A stretch of 64,000 nucleotides of DNA from Calditrichaceae bacterium. GTDB taxonomy: Bacteria; Calditrichota; Calditrichia; Calditrichales; JBFXGD01. Every line of letters starts with the position of its first letter. The first letter of the stretch is position 1. Location of the stretch: positions 32,001-96,000 of the forward strand of contig JBFXLE010000012.1 of the NCBI GenBank assembly GCA_050173015.1, written 5' to 3'. The notes below the pieces were generated by a model. The model was not told where the DNA came from. It made no database searches and worked only from the letters and a program-made list of their open reading frames with translations. This document shows, in pieces, positions 19,580 through 30,231 of the stretch. A program made the translations under genes and the position numbers.

Positions 19580-20482
19580 TTATGACAGGTGAAAAATTTT
19601 CTTTATGACGTATCCGGCCATTTTCGGGTTTTCCTTTAGCCGTCGTGTTGAATATGCATACCAGTCTTTTCCGTAGGGAACGTAAACACGCAGCCTGTGA
19701 CCGGCATTTACAATAATGTCGCGCAATTGTTCATCAACTCCCAGGAGCATTTGAAATTCATACTCATCTTTTTTCAGGCCCAGATCTTCAACAGTTTTTA
19801 TCCCGTGCCAGACAAGTTTTTCATCATGAGTGGCGATTCCTACGTAGCACTTATTTTTCAAAAGCTGTTCTAAATTATATTTATAACTTTCATTGATAAT
19901 CGCCATGTCTTTGTAAGCGTCCTCCCGGGGCTCCACATAAATTCCCTTGCAAAGCCGCAGATTTGCTTTGTGAGAAATAAGTTTCCGCACATCATCGGCT
20001 GTGCGTCGTAAATATGCCTGAATGACAAGTCCCACGTGGCCTTCAAATTCTTCCTTGAGTCGCAAATATAAATCGATTGTGCTGCCTGTTGTGTGGCGGT
20101 CTTCCATATCGATTCGGACAAAATTATTATATTTTTTTGCTATTTCAATGATGCCGCGAATATTATTATAACAGAATTCTGTATCGAGATTAAGTCCCAT
20201 GTGCGTGGGTTTCACGGAAACATTGGCGTTCAGTTTGTGAAGATCGATGGCTTTCAAAATCTCCTTGTATTCATCCGCTGCCGCTGCCGCCTGTTCTTTT
20301 TTTGTGACTTCCTCGCCAAGCAGATCCATAGTTGCCATAATCCCTTTGGCATTCAATTCCCTTACAACCGAAATGGCCTCATTTAGAGTTGATCCGGCTA
20401 TATAATTCCGCGAAAAATATCTGACAATCGGTTTTGGAACAACAGGAAGTGTCAAAACAACTAATTTATCCAATAAGCTCAT
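19580..20482 (-). CDS. Monofunctional proline dehydrogenase
   Basis: VRIDMED, IQAYLRR, LRLCKGIY, IATHD, YEFQMLLG, RRLKENP. Confidence 0.93.
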   Translation of the reverse strand: MSLLDKLVVLTLPVVPKPIVRYFSRNYIAGSTLNEAISVVRELNAKGIMATMDLLGEEVTKKEQAAAAADEYKEILKAIDLHKLNANVSVKPTHMGLNLDTEFCYNNIRGIIEIAKKYNNFVRIDMEDRHTTGSTIDLYLRLKEEFEGHVGLVIQAYLRRTADDVRKLISHKANLRLCKGIYVEPREDAYKDMAIINESYKYNLEQLLKNKCYVGIATHDEKLVWHGIKTVEDLGLKKDEYEFQMLLGVDEQLRDIIVNAGHRLRVYVPYGKDWYAYSTRRLKENPKMAGYVIKKIFHLS

Positions 20483-20748
20483 ACCTACTCCATGTTTCGT
20501 ACAATATTCTTGCCGAAATCCGGCTTTATAATCTATTAAACATCAAATTCTAAGTTAGTGAATAATTTATCAGAATGAAAATTTCTAATCAATACATTTT
20601 TAAGTTTTTTAACACGAGGAAAAAAGTGGATGGCGGGATTTTATTATACTCCCTGGACATACAAGGGACCGATAAATATGTCTTCTAAAGGATCACTTTG
20701 CCGAGGATCATAATACTATAATTGAATGGTTATTAAAACCGCTTGAAA

Positions 20749-20979
20749 TTACCGATAGGAATCAGCTGAATTGATATTCTGATCGGAGTGGATAGATTTC
20801 TCAAAATTGCCATTGTGATCATATACTTGAATGACAGCGCCCGGTTTTTCTTTGATCATCTCATTTGCGGCGCTAAGCGCGTTGCCTTTTGAGAAATACA
20901 TACTTAGTCCGATGTCGTCATTTTCAATGGCCCAGTGAACGCCGAAAGGCGCAATTCGATAGATATTTTTGTGCTTCAT
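20749..20979 (-). CDS. Small protein, DUF2188-like
   Basis: W...S..F..K..A..AA...IQVYDHNG pattern; 76 aa. Confidence 0.55.
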   Translation of the reverse strand: MKHKNIYRIAPFGVHWAIENDDIGLSMYFSKGNALSAANEMIKEKPGAVIQVYDHNGNFEKSIHSDQNINSADSYR

Positions 20980-21147
20980 TCCAATATCCCCGTTTTATAG
21001 AATTTTTTGTGATGCATAGATATTGGGGATTCAATCGAACTGAGATCCTGCAACGGATAAAGGATGCAGAATATAAATTTATTGATGAGAAAAAGGAGGA
21101 AGAAGTCTATTAAAAGCCGAATCCCTTTTTATTATAACGTAGTTACC

Positions 21148-22212
21148 CTACGATTTATTCTTTTTTGTTTTAAATTCAGGTATAAAACTGCCAAATCCCT
21201 GATTGCAGTTCCGACACATATCAATACTTTTGCGATCTTTGATTAATTGATCGCGAAATTCAAAAAATTGCCCGCTCAGCCAGATCTCTTCGAATTGTTT
21301 GGTAAGATTTATATTTCCCATATTATAGTGACCGTTTTTATCGAAACAGCATGGCACCACTGAACCATCCCAGTTTATCAGCGTCGACATCCAGGGACGG
21401 GGACAGGATTTTTTATGATTGTTTTTTACGCTTAATGTCTGGCCGCTAAAATCATACCGTCTGAACTTTTCGTTTTCCGGCAGCCAGGTTTTTGCTTCAT
21501 CCAACGAACGCACTTCAATGTTTTTGATCAGGATACGGTCCACACCAATCTCTTTACCCAATTTTTTAATAGCCGTAAGTTCATGTTCATTATGCTTCAT
21601 CACAAGAAACTGAAGCGCGATCAGCGGTGTTTTACTTTTTCGCTGACGTTTAATCTCCATAAATCGGCGTAATCCATCGGTAACTTTAGTAAAATCACCT
21701 TTTATCCGGTAAGTTTCGTAGGTTTCCTGTGTTATTCCATCGAGAGAAACAATCATGCTGTCAAGCCCCGAATCAATTGTTGCATTAATTGATTCATCTG
21801 TGAAATAATGGGCATTTGTGCTGGTAGTGCAATATATGTTTTTTTCTTTTGCCAATCTTACAAATTCAAGAAAATGTTTATTGATGTATGGTTCACCCTG
21901 ATGATAGAGAAGCAGAAAGAAAACATCGTTACCTAACTGACTCAGAATGGATCTAAACGTGTGAAGAGACATTTTTCCAACAGGCCTTTCCATCTCTCCG
22001 GCCCCGGTTGTACATAGTGGGCATTTGAGATTGCAGACATTGGTGGGTTCTATTGTAAGAACGGGAGGGACGCCCCAAAGGATATTCTTATTTAGAACCG
22101 CGGAAAGAATAAATGAGACTCCGGTTTTCATAAGATTTATAAATCGGCGGAACGTCAGGGACCGAATCAGGTTAGGAAGTAAAAGTTCGTTCAAGAGCAT
22201 TCTCTCAATCAT
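21148..22212 (-). CDS. Radical SAM / SPASM(twitch) domain protein A
   Basis: EPTNVCNLKCPLC (CX3CX2C), CPRPW..NWDGSVVPCCFD, MCRNC. Confidence 0.9.
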   Translation of the reverse strand: MIERMLLNELLLPNLIRSLTFRRFINLMKTGVSFILSAVLNKNILWGVPPVLTIEPTNVCNLKCPLCTTGAGEMERPVGKMSLHTFRSILSQLGNDVFFLLLYHQGEPYINKHFLEFVRLAKEKNIYCTTSTNAHYFTDESINATIDSGLDSMIVSLDGITQETYETYRIKGDFTKVTDGLRRFMEIKRQRKSKTPLIALQFLVMKHNEHELTAIKKLGKEIGVDRILIKNIEVRSLDEAKTWLPENEKFRRYDFSGQTLSVKNNHKKSCPRPWMSTLINWDGSVVPCCFDKNGHYNMGNINLTKQFEEIWLSGQFFEFRDQLIKDRKSIDMCRNCNQGFGSFIPEFKTKKNKS

Positions 22213-22400
22213 GGATTTTTATGCGTTTAACTGTCAAAAAAGTTAATTGATTTCCGGGTGGATTGCAAAAAGCATTATTGAAAAGATTAATTCCATGGCT
22301 CGATATGTGATATCCCATTTGTATTATGGCGGACCGGTTGTAATTATGGTATAAACCTGCTAAATTTCTTTTGAGATTTATTTAGAATGGATTAATTCAG

Positions 22401-23498
22401 ATGGACTTGATTTACTGGTTTTTTCTTATTTCCAATGGTTTCTACATTTTTTTACTTCTGCTCGTCTTTGCCGGACTGAGTATGTTGAAAATAAAAAACA
22501 AGACAAATTATCCGAAAATTTCCATCGTAATCGCGGCGCGAAATGAAGAGAAAAGGATAACTCCGGCCATTCATTCCATGTTGAAATTAAATTATCCGAT
22601 TGACAATTTTGAAGTGATCTGGGTGGATGACGCGTCGACAGATGATACCGCTAAAATAATAGAACAACACGCGAAGGAACAAAAAAACTGGAAACTGATA
22701 CGGATTGACGAAAAAAGTACAAGTCTGCGCGGGAAAAAGAAAGCGTTGAAATCAGGAATAGATCAGGCTACGGGTGAATTGATATTCACTACCGACGCGG
22801 ATTGTGAGGTGCCACAGGACTGGCTGATGATAATGAGTTCATATTTTGACGATCATACGAGCATGGTACTGGGACATTCACCTTTAACAGGGCTGAAGGG
22901 CTTCCTGGGGCGTATCTTACAATTTGATAATCTGTTTTCCGCAGTGGTAACGGCAGCGCCCACGAAATTAGGTTTTCCAATGAGTAGTATCGGACGCAAT
23001 CTGTCGTATAAAAAAAAGGTCTATGCGGATGTCGGGGGATATGACTCTTTGAAAAAATTCCGAAGCGGAGATGATGTTCACCTGACGGAACGCTTCAGAA
23101 GAGAAGATGGGGGGAAAATTGACTATTGCATCCATCCGGCAACGTTTGTATCAACAAAACCGCCTCTTACCGGTAAGGAGATATTTCATCAACAGGTTAG
23201 GAAAAACAGCAAAACATTGAATAAATCACTGCCGTCGGTTCTGCTTTCAATAGTTTTGTTCCTTTATTTCATCATCCTTATTATTTTTCCTTTTTTAAAC
23301 TCAAAATGGCTGGGATTGTGGTTGGCGTTACTGGCAATTAAATTTAGCGCCGAGCTGATTACTTTGATTAAAGCCTGTTTTATATTCAAAAAAAAAGAAT
23401 TGGTACCGTATCTTCCTCTGATGCAGATCATTTATCCGGGATATGTCATTTTCTTCAGCCTGCTTGGAGTCCTGCAAATTTATGAATGGAAAAAGTAG
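22401..23498 (+). CDS. Membrane GT2 glycosyltransferase
   Basis: IAARNEE, DDASTD, TDAD, GDD, QQVRK; N- and C-terminal TM segments. Confidence 0.9.
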   Translation: MDLIYWFFLISNGFYIFLLLLVFAGLSMLKIKNKTNYPKISIVIAARNEEKRITPAIHSMLKLNYPIDNFEVIWVDDASTDDTAKIIEQHAKEQKNWKLIRIDEKSTSLRGKKKALKSGIDQATGELIFTTDADCEVPQDWLMIMSSYFDDHTSMVLGHSPLTGLKGFLGRILQFDNLFSAVVTAAPTKLGFPMSSIGRNLSYKKKVYADVGGYDSLKKFRSGDDVHLTERFRREDGGKIDYCIHPATFVSTKPPLTGKEIFHQQVRKNSKTLNKSLPSVLLSIVLFLYFIILIIFPFLNSKWLGLWLALLAIKFSAELITLIKACFIFKKKELVPYLPLMQIIYPGYVIFFSLLGVLQIYEWKK

Positions 23499-23569
23499 GC
23501 CGGATTAACTAAATTGACACACCTTAACAACATCTGGAACAAGAGACTTATTAAAAGCTTACACAACAT

Positions 23570-24547
23570 ATGAGAGAAAGATTAAAACAACGAATCTTAT
23601 TCGCGCTAAAGTACCTTGTGGGATTTCTACTTCTCGCGTGGATATTGGCGTATATTGACCGGGAACAGATGTTCGCAACAATAATGAACTTAGAACTCTC
23701 GGTGATTGTATTTGTCATTGTCCTGGCTGTTCTGAGCTTGACTGCCCAGTTTTATCGCTGGAAATATCTTGTGGAAAGTAATTCCATCCATTTCAGGGCG
23801 GTAGATCTAATACCTTCATTTTTCGCGGGATTTGCTTTCCGCATGATGCTGCCCGGGGGACACGCGGAAATCACCAAAATATTCTTACTCCCCGGGAAAA
23901 AGGGAGGAAAAGTTGTTGCCTTTGGAATCGAAAAATTTTTTCAGACATACATTAAAATATTCATGGTATCTTTAGCTTTTCCTCTTATGTTTCCTAAGTA
24001 TCGTTTTGTATTGTGGGGATTGAGTGGATTGTTATTGTTGGTTTATTTTTTTCTTCCGCTCATGATGCAAAGAGCGTTTCTTAAAAAGTATCAGGAACGG
24101 GAAGTCAATTATCACAGCTTATTTTTTAGAACACTCATTTTCTCGGTAGCAATATTCGGCGGGCTGATTTTGCAGTATTATTATTTGCTCAATTCAGTTC
24201 ATGATATTGGGTTTTATGAAACATCACTATCTGTAATTTTCATCTGGGGAGCCGGATTACTGCCGATTTCCGTATCGGGACTGGGAGTCAGGGAAGCGCT
24301 ATCGGTTTTTTTCTTTGGCAAATTCGGCATACCGGGCTCATCGGCGGTCGGACTGTCACTTTTTCTGTTTTTTATTAACGCCATTCTGCCGGCTTTGGCG
24401 GGTGTGTACTATATAATAAAGAGAAGAAACGATCTCCGGGATGCCGGTGGGATATTCAAATCTGCCGCAAAAAAAGCTATTGGAACCGGGAAAAATAGAA
24501 TGGTGTTCAAAAAATACCGTTCCGTCTTAGATAAAAAGTCAGAGTAA
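23570..24547 (+). CDS. Lysylphosphatidylglycerol synthase TM-region / UPF0104 flippase-like protein
   Basis: YRWKYL and LPISVSGLGVRE motifs, multi-TM. Confidence 0.82.
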   Translation: MRERLKQRILFALKYLVGFLLLAWILAYIDREQMFATIMNLELSVIVFVIVLAVLSLTAQFYRWKYLVESNSIHFRAVDLIPSFFAGFAFRMMLPGGHAEITKIFLLPGKKGGKVVAFGIEKFFQTYIKIFMVSLAFPLMFPKYRFVLWGLSGLLLLVYFFLPLMMQRAFLKKYQEREVNYHSLFFRTLIFSVAIFGGLILQYYYLLNSVHDIGFYETSLSVIFIWGAGLLPISVSGLGVREALSVFFFGKFGIPGSSAVGLSLFLFFINAILPALAGVYYIIKRRNDLRDAGGIFKSAAKKAIGTGKNRMVFKKYRSVLDKKSE

Positions 24548-24675
24548 TTTTTTTCAGGCAGTATAAAAATAAATAAACAGAATTACGGGTTCAGCCAAAT
24601 TCGTTGTCATTTTAAATCGGAACATCGGTGGAAAAATCATCTAACTTTTCCGGATAAATAAGCATTGGACTAAAG

Positions 24676-25773
24676 ATGTCATTTTTAGATAAATTAACGC
24701 TTTCATTTTTGCCTTTTAAATCGGCAATACGCCTTCTGCGCGCATCAAAAGTTAGTTATACCCCGCGCCGTCTTTTAAACTTCTTCAAAATCTGGCTGTC
24801 AATGAACATCTCAAAATTGTCGCGGAAACCTGTTGTCTGGGGATACGCGCCGGTTCTGATGGTGGAGCCTACTAATATCTGTAATCTTAAATGCCCCATG
24901 TGCCCATCGGGAAACGGAGATATGGCGCGCCCTAAGGGGAAGCTTGATCTGGATAATTTCAGACGATTAATGGATGACGTGGGAGATTATATATTTTTGG
25001 TACAATTCTGGAATCAGGGTGAACCTTTCATTAACAAATCGTTTATCGATTTTGTGAAGTACGCTAAATCGAAGGGTGTTATGACGCAGACCTCGACCAA
25101 CGGACATTTTGTGCGGGATGATGAGGCAGCGGACGAAGTTATTCTTTCAGGGCTTGATCAGATTATTTTTTCTATGGATGGAACGAATCAGCAAACATAC
25201 GAGCAATACAGAGTCGGAGGCAATTATAATCTGGTTCTTGAGACTCTCGGCCGGTTATCGGAAGCGAAAAAACGGCATAACAGTAAAACACCGTTTATTG
25301 AATTGCAGTTTATCGTTTTTAAACATAATCAGAATGAGATTGATGAGATCATCCGGCTCGCGAAGCGGTTTAAGGTGGATCATCTCTCATTTAAAACCGC
25401 GCAGGTTTATTCCGCTGATCAGGCGGAAGAATTTTTGCCCGATGATACTGATATGAGGCGATATTCTTTTGATGGCGATCATTTACAGCTAAAAGATGAT
25501 GTTCCGAACTGGTGTAAGCGGTTATGGATGAATTCCACGGTAAACTGGGACGGATCCGTAAGTCCCTGCTGTTTTGACAAAGACGCGGATCATGCTTTTG
25601 CCAATATATTTACGGATGGTGTTTCATTCAGAGAAACCTGGACAAATAATAAGTACATGAACTTCCGCAGATCGGTATTAAAAAATCGCAAGGCGATCGA
25701 CATGTGCAGGAATTGTACCGAAGGATTAAAAGAGCCATACGCGCGGGTCGTAAATCTTGATGAAGTTTCATAG
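24676..25773 (+). CDS. Radical SAM / SPASM(twitch) domain protein B
   Basis: EPTNICNLKCPMC, CKRLW..NWDGSVSPCCFD, MCRNC. Confidence 0.9.
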   Translation: MSFLDKLTLSFLPFKSAIRLLRASKVSYTPRRLLNFFKIWLSMNISKLSRKPVVWGYAPVLMVEPTNICNLKCPMCPSGNGDMARPKGKLDLDNFRRLMDDVGDYIFLVQFWNQGEPFINKSFIDFVKYAKSKGVMTQTSTNGHFVRDDEAADEVILSGLDQIIFSMDGTNQQTYEQYRVGGNYNLVLETLGRLSEAKKRHNSKTPFIELQFIVFKHNQNEIDEIIRLAKRFKVDHLSFKTAQVYSADQAEEFLPDDTDMRRYSFDGDHLQLKDDVPNWCKRLWMNSTVNWDGSVSPCCFDKDADHAFANIFTDGVSFRETWTNNKYMNFRRSVLKNRKAIDMCRNCTEGLKEPYARVVNLDEVS

Positions 25774-25777
25774 CCTT

Positions 25778-26413
25778 TTAGATTTCATACCATTTCAGGT
25801 AGTCTTCCTCATAAATTTGAATATCATCAAACCAGACTTTTCCTCCACTGTTGCCGATGGTGTCAAGACCGGTTTTTATCAAAACACGTCGGGTGCCGGG
25901 CGGAATGGTGAAAAGCAATATGATTTCTTTCCAGTCACTGGTGCCGGTTAATCGGGATGACTCTATCGTGCTGGCGCTGAGGACGAAGCTGTGGTGGAAT
26001 TTGTCGGGGAACATGATCTTTATCCATGCGCTTCGCGAGAGATTTTTTGTTTTTACCCAGGCTCTTAGTTTGTAAGTGTGTCCCGCTTGAAAATTATTTA
26101 GCGTTTGTGTCCAGTAAAAAGACGCGGGGATTTCCTGGTGGTTCGAAGGGATTTCAATAGAGACGGAATGATCACCACTGTGAAATATATCGTTATCCCA
26201 CCTGTAAATCTCATGATCCAGAAGTGTATTGGAATGAGGTTTGAACCATCTTGCGGGTATTTGTTTCCTCAGGCTGTGTTCTTCAAACCCACCATTATAG
26301 ACCAATTGAAACGGAAGAACTTCGTCCGACACCTTTCTACTTATGTTCTCATCACTGCAGGTAAACGGCATAAACGCGGCAAACAGCCAGATTAAAATAA
26401 TCGGGAGTTTCAT
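25778..26413 (-). CDS. Exported protein (possible lipoprotein) with carbohydrate-binding (CBM4/9-like) domain
   Basis: Signal peptide ending in Cys, NGGFE start, GTSDWK, VWFDDI end. Confidence 0.7.
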   Translation of the reverse strand: MKLPIILIWLFAAFMPFTCSDENISRKVSDEVLPFQLVYNGGFEEHSLRKQIPARWFKPHSNTLLDHEIYRWDNDIFHSGDHSVSIEIPSNHQEIPASFYWTQTLNNFQAGHTYKLRAWVKTKNLSRSAWIKIMFPDKFHHSFVLSASTIESSRLTGTSDWKEIILLFTIPPGTRRVLIKTGLDTIGNSGGKVWFDDIQIYEEDYLKWYEI

Positions 26414-26487
26414 AAGAATCCCTTTTAGTCAGAACACTATCTATATATCCTAACTAAAAGAGGGCGAAAATTATTTTCGTGTTTAGG

Positions 26488-26517
26488 AAATAAACAGCGG
26501 CAGAAAATCTGCCGCTG
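26488..26517 (-). terminator. Terminator of acs
   Basis: CAGCGGCAGA-AAA-TCTGCCGCTG hairpin followed by TTTATTT on the minus strand. Confidence 0.7.
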
Positions 26518-26526
26518 ACAAATATT

Positions 26527-28440
26527 TTATTGCTCAAGTGTGCTTAAATCACCTTCATCCTGACCGAGGGCGCGGGCTTTCAGAACCCGACGCATGATTT
26601 TTCCGCTTCTGGTTTTTGGAAGTGTCTCAACAAAATGAACTGTTTCCGGTTTGGCGATTGGTCCGATCTCACGGCTGACATGTTCTTTCAGTTCATTTTC
26701 CAGCGCTTTGCTCCCGGTAAGACCGGCTCTCAGGATCACAAAAGTATGAATCGCGTTCCCTTTAAGTTCATGGGGCAGAGCAATTGCCGCTGCTTCAGAA
26801 ACGGCGGAATGGCTGACCAGAGCACTTTCAATTTCCGCTGTCCCAAGCCGGTATCCGCTCACTTTTATGACATCATCGATGCGGCCGATAACCCAAAGGT
26901 ATCCGTCTTTGTCGATCCTGGCCGAGTCACCGGCTTTATACCAACCCTGTTTTTCATAATCCTTCCAGTAGGTTTCAACATAGCGTTCGGGATCGCGGTA
27001 GATTGTTCTCGCCATCCCGGGCCAAGGAGCTTTGATTACAAGTTTTCCCTCTTCGCCGGGTTTAACTTCTTTACCTTTTTCATCCACAACCCCCACTTCA
27101 TTACCGAAGAATGGACGACTGGCGGAACCCGGTTTCAGGGGCATCACAGGAATGGGAGTAATCATAAAACCACCGGTCTCGGTTTGCCACCATGTATCCA
27201 TAATCGGGCATTTTTCCCGGCCGATTACGCGGTGATACCAAAGCCAGGCCTCAGGATTTATGGGTTCGCCAACCGATCCGAGAAGCCGCAGGGTGGATAA
27301 ATCGTGTCTTTCCGGCCAGGCGTCACCAAACCGCATAAGACCTCTTATCGCCGTCGGCGAAGTATATAAAATAGTGATTCCGTATTTTTCAACAATCTGC
27401 CACCACCGGTTTGGATAGGGATGATTAGGAGCTCCTTCGTACATCATGATCGTGGCGCCATTGATCAGCGGTCCGTAAACAATATAGCTATGACCAGTGA
27501 TCCAGCCGGGATCGGCAGCGCACCACCAGCGGTCATCATCCTTAATGTCAAACACGTAATGATGAGTTGAGGCCGTGTAAACACTGTAACCTCCATGTGT
27601 ATGGACCACACCTTTGGGTCTGCCTGTGGTTCCGGAGGTGTACAGAATAAATAGCATATCTTCAGAATCCATGACTTCCGTTTCACATTTCGGGCTTGCT
27701 ATAGGCAGAGTCATCAGATCATGCCACCAGAAGTCACGGTCATTTTCCATATAAACGTCTTCACCGGTGCGTTTTACGGTGATGCAAACTTCGATAGTCG
27801 GGGATCTTTTAATCGCCTCATTTGCAATTTCTTTCAACTTAGTAGGTTGTCCTCTACGGTAGCCACCGTCCGCGGTAACCAGTACACGGCTTCTCGCGTC
27901 TTCAATCCGTTCGGCGAGCGCTTCTACGCTGAAACCGCCGTAAACGACGCTGTGAGCGGCGCCGATTTTAGCGCAGGCCAGCATGGCAAATGCAAGTTCG
28001 GGTATCTGTGGCATATATATAGTTACGATGTCGCCTTTTCTGACACCCATGCTTTTCAGTACATTGGCAAACTTAGAAACTTCTCTGTTCAGCGCGTGAT
28101 AAGAGTATGTGCGAACGTCACCCGGTTCTCCCTCCCAGATAAGCGCCAGCTTATTTCTGCGCCAATTTTTCAGATGCCGATCAATCGCGTTGTGGATTAT
28201 GTTGGTCTTGCCGCCTGTAAACCATTTATAGAAAGGTTTTTCGGAATCATCCAGCACTTTGTTCCATTTTTCGTACCAGCCGAGTTTTTCGGCTTCTTCG
28301 GCCCAAAAACCCTCTCTGTCTTCTATGGAACGTTTGTAAATTGATTCATAATCTTTGATGTGGGCTTGTTCAATGGTTTCCGGAGAGGGGTGAAAAAATC
28401 CATCATTTGAGTTATTTTTATTCTTCTGGTCATTACTCAT
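26527..28440 (-). CDS. acs: Acetyl-CoA synthetase (acetate-CoA ligase)
   Basis: YTSGTTGRPKG, DTWWQTETG, PKTRSGKIMRR. Confidence 0.95.
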   Translation of the reverse strand: MSNDQKNKNNSNDGFFHPSPETIEQAHIKDYESIYKRSIEDREGFWAEEAEKLGWYEKWNKVLDDSEKPFYKWFTGGKTNIIHNAIDRHLKNWRRNKLALIWEGEPGDVRTYSYHALNREVSKFANVLKSMGVRKGDIVTIYMPQIPELAFAMLACAKIGAAHSVVYGGFSVEALAERIEDARSRVLVTADGGYRRGQPTKLKEIANEAIKRSPTIEVCITVKRTGEDVYMENDRDFWWHDLMTLPIASPKCETEVMDSEDMLFILYTSGTTGRPKGVVHTHGGYSVYTASTHHYVFDIKDDDRWWCAADPGWITGHSYIVYGPLINGATIMMYEGAPNHPYPNRWWQIVEKYGITILYTSPTAIRGLMRFGDAWPERHDLSTLRLLGSVGEPINPEAWLWYHRVIGREKCPIMDTWWQTETGGFMITPIPVMPLKPGSASRPFFGNEVGVVDEKGKEVKPGEEGKLVIKAPWPGMARTIYRDPERYVETYWKDYEKQGWYKAGDSARIDKDGYLWVIGRIDDVIKVSGYRLGTAEIESALVSHSAVSEAAAIALPHELKGNAIHTFVILRAGLTGSKALENELKEHVSREIGPIAKPETVHFVETLPKTRSGKIMRRVLKARALGQDEGDLSTLEQ

Positions 28441-28771
28441 ACGGACATCCTCCTTAATATAGTATATATGATCTTAGGCCGATATATATAAAAACAATCT
28501 CAGAATTTTCGGATGTTCATTAATATCCAGACAAGTTAAAAAAACAGCATTTTTAATGATTAATGGGATAAACAAAGGAACATCATCTGCCTTGACTTAT
28601 TGAATCCTGCAATGATAAATTTGTATCATAACAAACAATCTAAGCAGGGTGAATATTCCAAGTCAATCCGGGTGTTGTACGAATGAGATACTGCTTTAAT
28701 TCTATTTAAAAGCTACTGATACTGATTACTGCAATGGGCACTAATGATAATAAATCTTTTTTCCGGAACAA

Positions 28772-30196
28772 TCAATAAAAGATGCTTTTTAAAATATAGA
28801 AGAATAAAATTGCTCCAAGCGCTCCGACGGGAATGGTGATTATCCATGAAAGGATAATATCACGGATAGATCTCATGTTCAACGCGCCAATCCCGCGCGC
28901 CAGGCCGACGCCTAAAATGGCGCCCACGAGAGCGTGTGTAGTTGATATTGGTAGTCCCAATTTTGACGCGAAAACAATAGTGATTGCAGCGCCAAATTCA
29001 GCTGAAAATCCTCGGGTCGGAGTCAGTTCGGTGATTTTTTTACCGATAGTTTCGATGACACGCCATCCCCATGTCGCAAGACCGACAACAATGCCGACGC
29101 CGCCAAGCATTAGCACCCACGTAGGCACTGCAGACTGTGTCGTTATCGACCCGTTTATCAGCACATTGATAACAGCGCTCAGGGGACCCACGGCATTGGC
29201 GACATCGTTAGCGCCATGCGCAAACGCGACAAAGGCCGCGCTCATGATCTGCAGATAAACAAAGATGCGTTCGACTGTCCGGTATTCAGTGCTCCCCCGC
29301 TCGATGGTAACACCTGTTCTGACCCTGCTTCTTATTGCCTTCAAATCGGAGAGTAACTTTGAAAGCATTTCATTTATATCACCGCTTGAATCAAGTTTTG
29401 CCGCCTGTAGGAACCTTGAAGCTTTTTTTATATTATCTGCGACAGAAACGGGTTGAAATAAACGGACACGATCCGGTTCAGGAGTCTCCTTGATACGTTT
29501 TACAAGAAAAAAACTTATAATGGAAGCAATTATTCCGACTGCTGCGGCAATTAACAATGCCGAGCCAAGAGGAAGATCCAGGTGCAAATTTTTGAGGCCC
29601 TTAAAAACCAGGACAAGCGTCATAACAAAAAAAACTAAAAACACGAGGAAGGGGGTAATTCTTTTTGCCGCGGACACGGGATCCGCGTTATAATATATTT
29701 GCTTTCGAAGAATGCTGAATATTACAAATGCTATTGTTCCACTCAGTACGGGAGATATCACCCAGCTTCCGACAATAGACCCAACTTTCTGCCAGTGAAT
29801 TGCATCAACCCCACCGATTAAAATTCCAAAGCCAATGATCGATCCAACAATTGAGTGTGTCGTTGAGACCGGCCAGCCAAAGTAAGATGCCACCTGAAGC
29901 CAGATGGCTGCGGACAGAAGCGCGGCCAGCATACCATAAACAAAAAAAACAGGATTTGAAGAAAAAATCTCAGGTGAGACGATTCCTTTTTGTACCGTTT
30001 CAGAAACATGGGAACCGACAAAGAATGCTCCCGAAAATTCCATTATAGCAGCAAGAATAACAGCTCTTTTTATTGTCAGAGCCTTCGAGCCTACCGAAGT
30101 ACCCATCGCATTTGCAACATCATTGGCTCCGATAGACCAGGCCATGTAGAAACCAAAAATAATCGCAAGTACAAAAAGTATTGAACCAAATTCCAT
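28772..30196 (-). CDS. PiT-family inorganic phosphate transporter
   Basis: Two GANDVANA signatures, PVSTTH and PISTTH. Confidence 0.95.
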   Translation of the reverse strand: MEFGSILFVLAIIFGFYMAWSIGANDVANAMGTSVGSKALTIKRAVILAAIMEFSGAFFVGSHVSETVQKGIVSPEIFSSNPVFFVYGMLAALLSAAIWLQVASYFGWPVSTTHSIVGSIIGFGILIGGVDAIHWQKVGSIVGSWVISPVLSGTIAFVIFSILRKQIYYNADPVSAAKRITPFLVFLVFFVMTLVLVFKGLKNLHLDLPLGSALLIAAAVGIIASIISFFLVKRIKETPEPDRVRLFQPVSVADNIKKASRFLQAAKLDSSGDINEMLSKLLSDLKAIRSRVRTGVTIERGSTEYRTVERIFVYLQIMSAAFVAFAHGANDVANAVGPLSAVINVLINGSITTQSAVPTWVLMLGGVGIVVGLATWGWRVIETIGKKITELTPTRGFSAEFGAAITIVFASKLGLPISTTHALVGAILGVGLARGIGALNMRSIRDIILSWIITIPVGALGAILFFYILKSIFY

Positions 30197-30231
30197 CTAT
30201 TCTCCAGTGGTCATTCGCGTCAAATTAAAAA

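Noticed and set aside
20749-20979. Small ORF as a RiPP precursor for the radical SAM/SPASM pair
   Set aside because: It looks like a folded DUF2188-type protein, and the enzymes show no evident N-terminal RRE domain
26635-28344. Long antisense ORFs (221 and 207 aa) opposite acs, and similar shadow ORFs elsewhere
   Set aside because: They lie fully opposite well-supported genes and have no motifs; codon-bias shadows
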